From an uncultured Legionellales bacterium (GTDB lineage Bacteria > Pseudomonadota > Gammaproteobacteria > UBA1113), in the NCBI GenBank assembly GCA_964621215.1, contig CAZULF010000002.1, positions 1 through 50,725 of the forward strand: DNA of 50,725 nucleotides, read 5' to 3'. Under the pieces are notes generated by a model. The model searched no databases and had not been told where the DNA came from. It saw only the letters and a program-made list of their open reading frames with translations. Shown here in pieces: positions 31,901-41,645 of the stretch. Both the position numbers and the translations under genes were made by a program. The stretch's first letter is position 1. Each line of letters begins with the position of its first letter.

Positions 31901-33124
31901 CTAAGAATTATCCGGCGTAGCAATCGGCTTTATCAAATCATTCGGCGCAACTTGTGTCGATGGATTTGCGGATAAGTCCTTAGCGTTATTTTGCAAAATC
32001 TTCTGAATCATTTTATTCACAGCGAGCAAGTCTTGCGTATAATCACGTGTTTGGTAGATAGCTTCTTGCGTAGGAGCTTGCGCCAATATTTCGCCTTTAC
32101 GATTATGTGTATTTACCGTCACGATCATGGATAAACCCATTCGTAGCGGATGCTTCTTTAACTCTTTAGCATCGACTGCAATTCTCACCGGCACCCGTTG
32201 CACTATCTTGATCCAATTTCCTGTTGCATTTTGTGGTGGTAGCAGGGCGAACGTGCTGCCTGTGCCAGGACTTAAACCTACAACGGTACCTTTATATTTT
32301 ATACCGCTACCATAGGCATCGGAGGTTAATTCTACCGACTGACCAATACGTATGTTGCGTAGTTGCGATTCTTTAAAATTGGCATCAACCCAAATTTGGT
32401 TTAAAGGCACGATCACCATCAATACAGTATCAGGATCAACTTGTTGGCCTACCTGTACCGGTCGCTTACCTACATAGCCTGTTTCAGGCGCATAGATGGT
32501 TGTACGCCGCCAATCAAGATAAGCATCGGCTAACTTAGTTGCAGCTAATAATATTTTCGGATGATGATATAAATCGGTATTAGAAACGATAGCTAATGCC
32601 GCAGCTAGGCGATGTTTTGCTAAGGCTAATTCATTGGCTGTGCTGGATGCGGCGATTTGTGCATGTTGAAAATCTTCGATGGAAATAGTTTTATTGATTT
32701 CTAAGCCCATGCGGCGTTTTAAATCTTCTGCCGCACGTTTGTCAGAATCTTGCTGCACCGCCACACTAGATCGCAATTGTGCAATATCCAGATAAATTTG
32801 GCTCACTTGTCGCGCGGTAATGGCTAAATTTGCTTGCGCTACTTTTAAATTGATAAGAGCATCAGCTTGGTCTAATAAAACTAACGGTTGTCCTTTTTTG
32901 ACTAAATCGGTCGTATCCGCATGAATGCTCATAACTTGACCAGAAGTTTGCGGCATCACAGCTACTAAGTTACCGCTAACATAGGCGTCATCAGTACTAA
33001 CGTAAAAGCGTCCAATAAAAAACCAATACACAAAGACAATAAAAGCGATGATTAAGAAGCAAATCGTCAACAGACGCAGGATGTGTTTGCGGTGAAACTT
33101 GGTTTTTTCCTCGACATTTTCCAT
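31901..33124 (-). CDS. emrA: HlyD/EmrA-family membrane fusion protein
   Basis: 407 aa with an N-terminal TM helix, a biotinyl-lipoyl-like/coiled-coil architecture, lying upstream of emrB. Confidence 0.88.
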   Translation of the reverse strand: MENVEEKTKFHRKHILRLLTICFLIIAFIVFVYWFFIGRFYVSTDDAYVSGNLVAVMPQTSGQVMSIHADTTDLVKKGQPLVLLDQADALINLKVAQANLAITARQVSQIYLDIAQLRSSVAVQQDSDKRAAEDLKRRMGLEINKTISIEDFQHAQIAASSTANELALAKHRLAAALAIVSNTDLYHHPKILLAATKLADAYLDWRRTTIYAPETGYVGKRPVQVGQQVDPDTVLMVIVPLNQIWVDANFKESQLRNIRIGQSVELTSDAYGSGIKYKGTVVGLSPGTGSTFALLPPQNATGNWIKIVQRVPVRIAVDAKELKKHPLRMGLSMIVTVNTHNRKGEILAQAPTQEAIYQTRDYTQDLLAVNKMIQKILQNNAKDLSANPSTQVAPNDLIKPIATPDNS

Positions 33125-33188
33125 GACACGGCCTTGTTAATTCCTTTTAATAAGTTTAGCAGATAAAGTGGAAGATGGGAGCTTTTAA

Positions 33189-33395
33189 TGTAGCCTGGAT
33201 GTAGCGCTAGCGGAATCCGGGAAACGATCTGATAACTAGCTTTTGACCTTGGGGCATGAATGTCTTCGTGAAGCGTGTGAGGCAGGGATGCCGAACCCGA
33301 GCCTACAGGGACGTATTTACGGTGTCTTCACGAAGATCTTTCATGCCTCAAGGTCGCGTCATCCCGGATTCCGCTGCGCTGCATCCGGGCTACGG
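33189..33395. repeat. composite nested palindromic element: REP-C arms enclosing a REP-D palindrome
   Basis: Outer arms are 33189-33222 and 33358-33395. Inner arms gaccttggggcatgaatgtcttcgtgaag (33245-33273) and cttcacgaagatctttcatgcctcaaggtc (33326-33355) flank a loop of about 52 nt. Confidence 0.85.
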
Positions 33396-33396
33396 A

Positions 33397-36300
33397 CTAT
33401 AGATTATGTCTTTTCAACTCATCTGCAGCAGAATGAAGCTCTTGCCCTTGCTTTTCAAGTTCCTGAGTTGAGGCAGCACTTAACATTGAATTAGGATTGG
33501 CTGAAATTTTTTCGGCACTTCTTAACGAGGCGCGGACACTTTGAGGTTTTAATAAGTCGAATTCAGAGACTTTTTTGCCATCTTGCGTTTGTTGAATACT
33601 GCGATGACTTAAATCCTCTTTAATCTCGTGATAAGTAGTAGCATATTTATCATCAGTCAAATGAAGTTTATAAACAGCTTCAATTGCATTGGGTTGAAGC
33701 GGCGTTTTTACCCCTTCTTTTTCTACGTAAGCGGCCACGCAATGTGCAGGTACTTCCAATGCAGCTAGTGTTTGTAATGCAAAAGCTAGCATCTTAGGAT
33801 CTGTACAAGAAACATTAATTTTTTGAGGTGGTTTAGGTTCTTTTCCTTGTATTTGTACATTATGGATCAGCATTTCAGTAATTAAATTTTGGCCTGAAGT
33901 TAATTTACCATCGCCTGTTGAGGTTAATAAAGAGGCTTTATCACCAGTATAAGATAAATTTGTTTTGGTTACTTCATACTCGATGCCGTCAGAAGATTTT
34001 GCCGTGGATTGTTCCACTTTATTTTTCGACACTTCAGTTTTTGTTACAATTTTATCAGCGACTTTCTCATGCGATATGATTATATTTTTTGCAAAATGAT
34101 CTTCGCTAGAAAATTTATTATATATTTCAAATAAATGTGAATTTATATTTTCACTACTGTTTAACAAGCTTTGATGTAATGCATTATTCTCGCGTAATGT
34201 AGCTACGGTAGCGCGTATTAATTCTATTGAGCTTTCATCGGTGTTATTTTCTAAAGTCTTAAGTATGTCTTTTAACTCATCAGCATTTTTGTCTAAGAGT
34301 TTTATCCAAGTTTGTTCCGTATTGCGACAAGTTAGCATTTTTTCCTGAATATCATCCATAAAACTTTGTGTATAAGGAATCACTTGACCGTCAGAAAGAA
34401 ATAAATCTTGAGCGTCTTTGACGGCTTTATTTGTAGCCTCGAGATCAATCGCAATTAACTCAGCTTGCTGGGTTAAGAAATGTTGATACTCTTCTACTTT
34501 TTCTTTAATTTGTGTTAAATCTAAGCTTTGATTAGCATCGCTGCCATTGTTTGGTTGTGATTTTTCATCGTGTAACCGGCGTGGTGTAGTATCAGGTTCT
34601 ACAGGAATTTCTGAGTTATCGAAACTTCCTTCTGTTGTTATTGTATCTAATTCAATTTCTACAGGATTTACCGGTTCTTCAGTATCTAAGCCTATTTCTT
34701 GATCGGCAATTGCGCCAGCGGAGGCTCTTTGCTGCTGTTCCGCAGCAGCAGTTTCTGAATCCACTTCTTCATGAATTTCTAAGTCAGAGGAGTTGAATCC
34801 ACGATTGGGTAGAGGTTTAGTCGCTTGTGTTTTAAAAGTGATTTCTTCATCTGATAAACTCAGAGGATCTTCTGATGAATGGGTAGATGAGGGGGTAGTT
34901 TTAGGTGTTAAAGTTACATTTGGTCCAACAGAAATAGAAAAACCACCCTCGAGATTACTATCTGAATCTATTAAATTCAGAAAATCATCCGAATTCATAC
35001 CGCCAGAACTTGAGCTAGATGAGCTACTTTCGGCAGAAACAGCCGAGGTAAAACTCTCTGAACTTTTTGTTGCGGCAGAAGGAGGTAAGTTTGTATTTTG
35101 CTTGGAAGGGTTATTATATTCAGCTACGAAATCTAAAAGAGAATTTGATTGATCCATTGATTTCATTACAATATCAGTAGTTACAGAATCATTAGCTTTA
35201 ATTAGACTATCAAGTTCGGTTGTTGTCGTATTAATAGAATGAATAAGCGCTTTGCATGTGCTATCTAATATTTCGAAAGGAGCAACTTCTACCAAACCCT
35301 GTAAATTAGCAGGAGAAATTAAGCGTTCAGATAAAGAGTTTAACGCGCTTAGCTGTTTTTTATATTCGTTTTTTACATTTGCGTCTAATTTGGATGATTC
35401 AATCGAATCTAATAACTCGCCATATCTCACTATAGAGCGATTAAGTTCTTTTTTTAACTCACTCATTTGTTCGGGCAGCACTTTAGTTTCCTGAACTGGT
35501 TGAGAATTGGTATTTAAATCTGAAGCAACACTTTGTTGAGCAAGATTAATTTTTTCGATATTTTCTTGTGTTTCAGTCAGATAACTCGATACATTATCAG
35601 TCGATTTGCCGATATTTAATGCGGCGTCCACAACTTCGTCTTTGAGTGCTTTAGCCTTATTTATCAGATTGTTGAAACTGGGATCAAATCGTGGATTTGC
35701 TATGTCAGTAGACTTTATTGGTTGAAATAATGCATTTTTGATTACATTCAATGCTGCGAGTTTTAGCTGAATGGTCCGTTGCTCTAATATAACTTTGTCA
35801 TGTTCTTGTTGGGCACTTGTAAGCAGCGCCTCAAGTTCTGCGGAGTTTGAGTTGGTTTCAGTAGCAGATGTTTTTATTACATTAGCGTTATCTATAGTTG
35901 CTTGCAAATATTGCTGTGATAAGTCCGCGTCGGAATTAGCTTGCTCTGCAATACTTTCTGCTTCTTTAATTAAGTTGCGAACTTGTTCTAACGCTTGAGC
36001 TTTATTTTTTTCAGCTTCGACAAGTTTGCGTGCGTCTTCACGCACTTCCTTCAGCTTTTCATCAACAGGCGGTTCTTCTTTTAACGAGCTAGTAGATACC
36101 GAAGTGGTTGATGGTGATGCTGATGTTGGAAAAGTGAAGTCTAGCTCATCGCCAAATACTTCTATTTCGCGTTGAAGTATTTTCTCGCTAGGTTTTTCCT
36201 CAGATAGAATATTCAGGTCCCGACGAAGCATATTTTGATAATTTTTATCTTCTTCAGCTTCAGAGGGCGGGTCTGGAAGTACTACAGGGGTACCATCTCC

Positions 36301-36588
36301 CTCTAGAATATTACAGTAATCATTAGTATTATTTATATATTTATCTATATCTCGTCCTTTGATATATGCTTCTGCATATTCGACACCACTAGGCTCATTT
36401 AACCTTTTTAGTACTTCGGTAAATTTGTTTTTATTTTCCTCATAATCCTGTAGTCCTTCCTCTTGACTTTGCGCTCTTTGTTTTTTCGCAAAATATTCGT
36501 TTGCGTTTTTTTGTTGTACAGGATCGATAAAGCGTTGTATTGCTCTTTTGAAATCTTGGACTTGTTGCCATTGTTTGCGAGTAAGCAT
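33397..36588 (-). CDS. very large coiled-coil / Ser-rich hypothetical protein, candidate effector
   Basis: 1063 aa from the ATG at 36588 (GAGG Shine-Dalgarno; the ORF track uses GTG at 36603). Low complexity with poly-Ser and acidic stretches; no recognisable domain. Confidence 0.7.
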   Translation of the reverse strand: MLTRKQWQQVQDFKRAIQRFIDPVQQKNANEYFAKKQRAQSQEEGLQDYEENKNKFTEVLKRLNEPSGVEYAEAYIKGRDIDKYINNTNDYCNILEGDGTPVVLPDPPSEAEEDKNYQNMLRRDLNILSEEKPSEKILQREIEVFGDELDFTFPTSASPSTTSVSTSSLKEEPPVDEKLKEVREDARKLVEAEKNKAQALEQVRNLIKEAESIAEQANSDADLSQQYLQATIDNANVIKTSATETNSNSAELEALLTSAQQEHDKVILEQRTIQLKLAALNVIKNALFQPIKSTDIANPRFDPSFNNLINKAKALKDEVVDAALNIGKSTDNVSSYLTETQENIEKINLAQQSVASDLNTNSQPVQETKVLPEQMSELKKELNRSIVRYGELLDSIESSKLDANVKNEYKKQLSALNSLSERLISPANLQGLVEVAPFEILDSTCKALIHSINTTTTELDSLIKANDSVTTDIVMKSMDQSNSLLDFVAEYNNPSKQNTNLPPSAATKSSESFTSAVSAESSSSSSSSGGMNSDDFLNLIDSDSNLEGGFSISVGPNVTLTPKTTPSSTHSSEDPLSLSDEEITFKTQATKPLPNRGFNSSDLEIHEEVDSETAAAEQQQRASAGAIADQEIGLDTEEPVNPVEIELDTITTEGSFDNSEIPVEPDTTPRRLHDEKSQPNNGSDANQSLDLTQIKEKVEEYQHFLTQQAELIAIDLEATNKAVKDAQDLFLSDGQVIPYTQSFMDDIQEKMLTCRNTEQTWIKLLDKNADELKDILKTLENNTDESSIELIRATVATLRENNALHQSLLNSSENINSHLFEIYNKFSSEDHFAKNIIISHEKVADKIVTKTEVSKNKVEQSTAKSSDGIEYEVTKTNLSYTGDKASLLTSTGDGKLTSGQNLITEMLIHNVQIQGKEPKPPQKINVSCTDPKMLAFALQTLAALEVPAHCVAAYVEKEGVKTPLQPNAIEAVYKLHLTDDKYATTYHEIKEDLSHRSIQQTQDGKKVSEFDLLKPQSVRASLRSAEKISANPNSMLSAASTQELEKQGQELHSAADELKRHNL

Positions 36589-36744
36589 CTGAAAATACCT
36601 CACATTCTACTTAAAAGTACCTTTATATTAGTATAGTGTAAAGACTATGCTTAAGGCGGTGTTTCTTTAAGTCTTTTACAATATCTTCATATTTAGAATA
36701 TCAGAAAAAGATTAAGGCAAGATTAGGTAAATTAGATATTTCTT

Positions 36745-36825
36745 ATCGTTCCGTGGCTTGTCCACGGGATCCAGAACGCGTTGACACGACCTGGATCCCG
36801 CGAATAAATCGCGGGACGACGCGAT
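36745..36825. repeat. REP-B full element (diverged)
   Basis: atcgttccgtggcttgtccacgggatcc-agaacgcgttgacacgacct-ggatcccgcgaataaatcgcgggacgacgcgat. Confidence 0.85.
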
Positions 36826-36833
36826 AGAGGAGA

Positions 36834-38048
36834 TTACCTAATTCGCAATCCCCACCGAATTATCACTATTACCGCGCTACTCATGGCAACCAGCATCAAA
36901 GCAAGGCCCATTTGAGTTTGTGCGGGCAATAGGGCAGCGATAGTACTGGCTAAACCCGCGGCAAGCATTTGTAAACTGGCATACATGGCGCCGGCCATGC
37001 CCGCGGCGTGGGGGAAGGGTTCAAACGCACCCGCAAATGCATTGGTGAACACAAATCCATTGGCGACGACGGTGAGCATGAGCGGGAGCAAGACGACCCA
37101 TATGTTTAGGCTGCCGGTGCAGGCAAATGCCAGCATGATAAAAGCACCCGCAAACATCACGAAACCGGCTTTATGTAGCAAAAATTGTGATGAATAATAA
37201 TTCAACAACTTAGCATTCAGTATCGTACCTAACACGTAGCTAAGAGCGGTTAATGGTGCTAACCAGCCGTATTGTATGGGAGTTAAGCCTAAAGTGTGTT
37301 GGAACAGGAATGGGCTGATAGTGATATACGCAATCAGGTTAGCAAAGGCCAGGCTCGAACAAGCGGTATAACCGAGAAATTGACGGTGGGTGAGAAACTC
37401 TTGATAGACTAATAATACCTCTTTTAAGCTCCGTTTACGGCGATGGCTGGGATCTAATGTTTCAGGTAAGAAAATGGCCAGTAGAGAGCCTAAGACGACA
37501 GATAATATTAAACTAATCAAAAAATTGGCGCGCCAACCGTATTCGGCTTGGATATAACCCCCGGTAATAGGAGCTAGGGGAGGAATAATCGAAAAAACAG
37601 TCCCCAGGTAAGACCCAATTTTAGCCAATTGATTACCGGCAAACACATCGCGCATGATAGCACGGAAGAGGGCGCCACTGGCGCCGATACCCAAGGCTTG
37701 CACTACACGACCGATTAGTAGTATCTCTATGGAATGGGCGACGGTGACCATCACACAACCCAATGTGAAAATAACATAACCGAACAGGATCACACTGCGA
37801 CGGCCGTAGTAATCTGATAATGGACCATAAATCAGTTGTGAAAAGCATAATCCAATGAGGTATAACGCAATACAAAGTTGAGCCGTGCTGCTAGGTGCAT
37901 GTAAATCCGCTGCAATGGCGGGCAGTGAGGGTAAAAAATTATCAGATGAAAATTGGCTGATCGTACCCATCATCACTAACAATAGCAGAATCATCCCGGC
38001 GTGAAATTTTGTCGGTTCTGTTTCTGATTGTGCGAGTTTTTGTTTCAT
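36834..38048 (-). CDS. MFS transporter, Bcr/CflA (DHA1) family
   Basis: 404 aa, 12 TM helices, with the GPLSDYYGRR motif between TM2 and TM3. Confidence 0.85.
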   Translation of the reverse strand: MKQKLAQSETEPTKFHAGMILLLLVMMGTISQFSSDNFLPSLPAIAADLHAPSSTAQLCIALYLIGLCFSQLIYGPLSDYYGRRSVILFGYVIFTLGCVMVTVAHSIEILLIGRVVQALGIGASGALFRAIMRDVFAGNQLAKIGSYLGTVFSIIPPLAPITGGYIQAEYGWRANFLISLILSVVLGSLLAIFLPETLDPSHRRKRSLKEVLLVYQEFLTHRQFLGYTACSSLAFANLIAYITISPFLFQHTLGLTPIQYGWLAPLTALSYVLGTILNAKLLNYYSSQFLLHKAGFVMFAGAFIMLAFACTGSLNIWVVLLPLMLTVVANGFVFTNAFAGAFEPFPHAAGMAGAMYASLQMLAAGLASTIAALLPAQTQMGLALMLVAMSSAVIVIIRWGLRIR

Positions 38049-38076
38049 TATCGTTGCTCTGATTCAATGTTCCAAA

Positions 38077-38156
38077 TGTAGTCTGGATGGAGCGTAGCGG
38101 AATCCGGGATTCTCGGATAAAAAACCCGGATTCCGCTACGCGTCATCCAGGCTACA
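38077..38156. repeat. REP-C full palindrome
   Basis: tgtagtctggatggagcgtagcggaatccggg, a 16-nt loop, then cccggattccgctacgcgtcatccaggctaca. The bolA stop codon (38152-38154) lies in the right arm. Confidence 0.9.
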
Positions 38157-38412
38157 CTATTTTTATTCGCAGTGCATGGATTTCAGTTGGAATCATATTC
38201 GCCACTGCTGCATACACCATGCGATGACAAGCGAGAGTATTTTTCCCTGTAAAATGAGCGCTGCTAATTTCTACCGTATAATGGCCGGCTCCACCAGCAG
38301 CGCCAGCGTGGCCTATATGCTCATCGCTGTCATCGATAATTTTTAAATAACTAGGCTGCAAAGCCTTTTCTAATAATTGCTGCATGTGGTGTATTCGTGG
38401 AGTGTTAGTCAT
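38152..38412 (-). CDS. bolA: BolA family protein
   Basis: 86 aa from the ATG at 38412. DDSDEHIGHAG...HYTVEISSAHFTGKNTLACHRMVY matches the BolA fold signature. Confidence 0.85.
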   Translation of the reverse strand: MTNTPRIHHMQQLLEKALQPSYLKIIDDSDEHIGHAGAAGGAGHYTVEISSAHFTGKNTLACHRMVYAAVANMIPTEIHALRIKIV

Positions 38413-38419
38413 GCAAAAC

Positions 38420-38965
38420 TTATTTGTTATTATCTTCAGGCTGAATATACCGCAACAAAAATATACTTTGTGCAATGATAAATATTACCGTTAAACCCAA
38501 GGCGCCAAACAATTTAAAATCTACCCAAATGCGTGTCGAAAAATTATAAACTACAAATAAGTTCAATGCGCCCATCAAGGCAAAAAAAGCTACCCACCCT
38601 AAATTTAATTTATGCCACGTTGATTGTGGTAAATGGATGTTATGACCTAATATGCGTTGGATCAACGATTTTCCTTGAAAAAGATATTCGCTCGCAAGAA
38701 AGGCAATGGCAAATAACCAATAAATAACAGTCGGTTTCCATTTAATAAAAATATCATCATGCAATAACAAAGTAATCGTGCCTAACACGACGATAGAAAC
38801 GGTGCTGACCACCAGCAATGTATCAACTCGACGATGTCGGAACCAGATATAACCAAATTGCAGGATCGCCGCTACGATGACCACAGCGGTGGCAACATAA
38901 ATACCTTTAAGTTGATAAGCAATAAAAAACAAAATAATCGGCAAAAAATCAAACAGTAATTTCAT
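38420..38965 (-). CDS. yciB: intracellular septation protein A (YciB/IspZ)
   Basis: 181 aa with a MKLLFDFLPIILFFIAY start and 5 TM helices. Confidence 0.88.
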   Translation of the reverse strand: MKLLFDFLPIILFFIAYQLKGIYVATAVVIVAAILQFGYIWFRHRRVDTLLVVSTVSIVVLGTITLLLHDDIFIKWKPTVIYWLFAIAFLASEYLFQGKSLIQRILGHNIHLPQSTWHKLNLGWVAFFALMGALNLFVVYNFSTRIWVDFKLFGALGLTVIFIIAQSIFLLRYIQPEDNNK

Positions 38966-39083
38966 AATTTTTATCTCAGTTTTGAGTAATTGGGTATAAA
39001 AAAGACATTATACCATAATTTATAGCTCTATACACAGTTTTAGACTAAACTGAAAAATTACCATGCAAAGGACTGCGTAATCA

Positions 39084-39704
39084 ATGCCACAAATTTTTGT
39101 CATACACCCCAACAACCCGCAATCGCGTTTAATACAGCAAACGGCTCATGTTCTTCAGCAAGGTGGAGTGATCGCTTTACCCACTGATGCAGCGTATGTT
39201 TTGGCATGTCATATGGGCGATAAAGACGCATTGGAGCACATGCGAGCGATTCGACAACTGGATGAAGAACATTTGTTTACTCTCATGTGTCGAGATCTTT
39301 CTGATTTAAGTACATACGCGCAAGTGAGTAACACTGCTTATCGCGTGTTAAAAAAACTTACGCCAGGCGCTTTTACCTTTATTTTACCAGCTACTCGCGA
39401 TGTGCCACGCCGTTTATTACATCCAAAACGTAAAACCATAGGTTTGCGGATTCCGGATAATAAAATTTGCCAAGCGTTATTAGCTGAATTAGGCGAACCG
39501 TTGTTGACAACGACACTGCAATTACCAGCGACAGAATGGCCGCTCACTGATCCGCATGAAATAGAACATCAACTGGATGATCGCATCAATCTCATTATCG
39601 ATGGCGGTAGTAGTCACATCGATACCACGACCGTCATTGATTTCACCAGCGGCGCACCTGAGTTAGTGCGCCAGGGGATGGGTGATGTCGGTGGTATGTT
39701 TTAG
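39084..39704 (+). CDS. yciO: L-threonylcarbamoyladenylate synthase family protein (YciO type)
   Basis: 206 aa YrdC-like domain (ALPTDAAYVLAC, TFILPA, RIPD). Confidence 0.85.
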   Translation: MPQIFVIHPNNPQSRLIQQTAHVLQQGGVIALPTDAAYVLACHMGDKDALEHMRAIRQLDEEHLFTLMCRDLSDLSTYAQVSNTAYRVLKKLTPGAFTFILPATRDVPRRLLHPKRKTIGLRIPDNKICQALLAELGEPLLTTTLQLPATEWPLTDPHEIEHQLDDRINLIIDGGSSHIDTTTVIDFTSGAPELVRQGMGDVGGMF

Positions 39705-41515
39705 ATGTAAGAAAACGGATTCCATGGACTTGCCGGTTCAGCTTTTGATGCGGGTTTCGTTGCTGAGGTAGACAAAGGATGATGAAAGCCTGCGCTTGAT
39801 CGCCCAGCTGTAATATTACTTGATAGTCGCTGTTCAAACTCTTTAGTAGAACCAACAATAATTGGAGGTAATTCCGCTTCACGGTCCTCTTTTTGTAAAA
39901 GAAAAGCTTTAGCATCTTGTGTTGTTGATTTAACTGTACCATCGTTAAAAAAGAATTTTCTCTCTTGGTACTCGCCTGAGGAGCTGAAGGCTTTCTGAGA
40001 AATGGAGTTTGAAGAGCTTACGGGCATTGGCGTGGGTTTAGTGGAGGAGCTGGATGAACTGCTAGATGAGGTTGAAATGGACGGAGTGGGTGTAGTGCCT
40101 GTAACTCTTAATGGGGCTGCCCAGTTAAGAAACTTATCCCCAGAGCTGCGTTGAGAATCTGAACTTGCAGCAGATATCGATGAAGTGGATGCTACTGGTT
40201 GTGTAATGCTAGCGGATTTAACATTCAAAGTAGGCGGAGAAAGTAAGCTTTCCCGAGGTGAAACTAAAGCCTGTATAGTTTGTGTTGGCGCTGCATGAGT
40301 CGGTGGTTGGGATATTGATGTAGTAACAGGCGACGGGTCAGAAGAAGTTTTTGTTAAGCCATTTTGCGATTGTTGTATTGGTGCAGGAGGATCAGAAGTA
40401 AATATAGATAGAATTGACGAAAAGAAGGAGTTAGAACTGGTACTTTTATGCATGGTTTGCGAGGAATCAGAGGATACTTCTTTCACATCAGCGGATCTTT
40501 GATATGAATCGTCCGATGTAGAAATTTGCGCCCGCGATGGAGCCGACATTGTTATTGTCGGAGTTTGCGAATCAGAAATAACGGCATACTTACCCTCTAA
40601 GCTTTTTATCATTTCCTTTATTTTTGGAATATATTTTTCAGCGAGGATTGATGAATGTTTACTAAGTTTTTCCTGCAGCAATTGTAGCTCTGAAATAACT
40701 TTAGTTTTTTCATCTTGAATTTGAGTCAGATCTAGTTGCGGCAACCGCTGGAAAAAGTAAGAGCAATCATGATCTTCAAATTTAAAATCAGGCTGAGAAA
40801 TAAGAAAACCAAAGATATGAAGTACAATATGACAATGTTGAACAGAAATGTTATGGGCAAACAACCTTATAATGTTACCCTTTTGAGTCAATAGCTTACT
40901 TAGGTGCTGAGCTTTTTGCTTATTAGCAAGAAGCGTATTTTCATCTTGGAATTGTTTATCATCCACAACTAAGGGATCTAAATATCGGGCTTTCAAATAA
41001 GTCAGCAAAAAGTAGTCACCGTGCATATCTGCAAGTATTTCGCTTTCCCAGCAAAATTTTTTATGATAAATAATAAGCGGGTCCAAATAAATTAAAGCTT
41101 CAAGCGATGCTGGTTGGCCTAAGATAGTTTTTCCATCCTCATCTTTTGTTACATTATTATATCGAGCTGTTAAAATAGAGTCCGTAATTAATTCACGTAA
41201 TTGTGCTAGAATTGGAGCGTTGCCCTGGCTATATGAAGAGCTTAAGTCGCGAGGAGAGTTGATAAAGCGTTCATTTGCAGGAATTTCATAGTCATCTCCC
41301 TTACACCAACTAATATCCTTTTCATTATTTAAATAAATTTTGCAGTCAATCGGTGCTTGGAATTTTTTATAATCAAGTAAAGGCGTTAAAAAATTAATAA
41401 GCTCTTTTTTTACAGACGTTGTTTTTTCTTCAAAGAGTTTTGCAATTTCATGGAAATTAAAATTAAATGGCTCAGTATCAGTTATAAACACAATGCTGCT
41501 AAATTCGGGGTACAT
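39701..41515 (-). CDS. hypothetical protein with globular N-domain and long Ser/Thr/Pro-rich C-terminal half, candidate effector
   Basis: 604 aa, ATG with GGAGG Shine-Dalgarno. The stop overlaps the yciO stop (convergent). No recognisable domain. Confidence 0.7.
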   Translation of the reverse strand: MYPEFSSIVFITDTEPFNFNFHEIAKLFEEKTTSVKKELINFLTPLLDYKKFQAPIDCKIYLNNEKDISWCKGDDYEIPANERFINSPRDLSSSYSQGNAPILAQLRELITDSILTARYNNVTKDEDGKTILGQPASLEALIYLDPLIIYHKKFCWESEILADMHGDYFLLTYLKARYLDPLVVDDKQFQDENTLLANKQKAQHLSKLLTQKGNIIRLFAHNISVQHCHIVLHIFGFLISQPDFKFEDHDCSYFFQRLPQLDLTQIQDEKTKVISELQLLQEKLSKHSSILAEKYIPKIKEMIKSLEGKYAVISDSQTPTITMSAPSRAQISTSDDSYQRSADVKEVSSDSSQTMHKSTSSNSFFSSILSIFTSDPPAPIQQSQNGLTKTSSDPSPVTTSISQPPTHAAPTQTIQALVSPRESLLSPPTLNVKSASITQPVASTSSISAASSDSQRSSGDKFLNWAAPLRVTGTTPTPSISTSSSSSSSSSTKPTPMPVSSSNSISQKAFSSSGEYQERKFFFNDGTVKSTTQDAKAFLLQKEDREAELPPIIVGSTKEFEQRLSSNITAGRSSAGFHHPLSTSATKPASKAEPASPWNPFSYI

Positions 41516-41645
41516 ACATCATCCTCCAATAACGGCATTTATGACTTTTATTGGTACGTCGTAAACGCGAGAGTAAATTTATAATTTATCAATATTCAAG
41601 TTTTTATTTTTAGGGTCTTAATCTTTATGCTGTACTCAGGGTTGG

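Noticed and set aside
33243-33494. 83-aa plus-strand ORF
   Set aside because: It lies inside the nested REP-C/REP-D composite and overlaps the 3' end of the 1063-aa gene. It has no Shine-Dalgarno and repeat-derived sequence.
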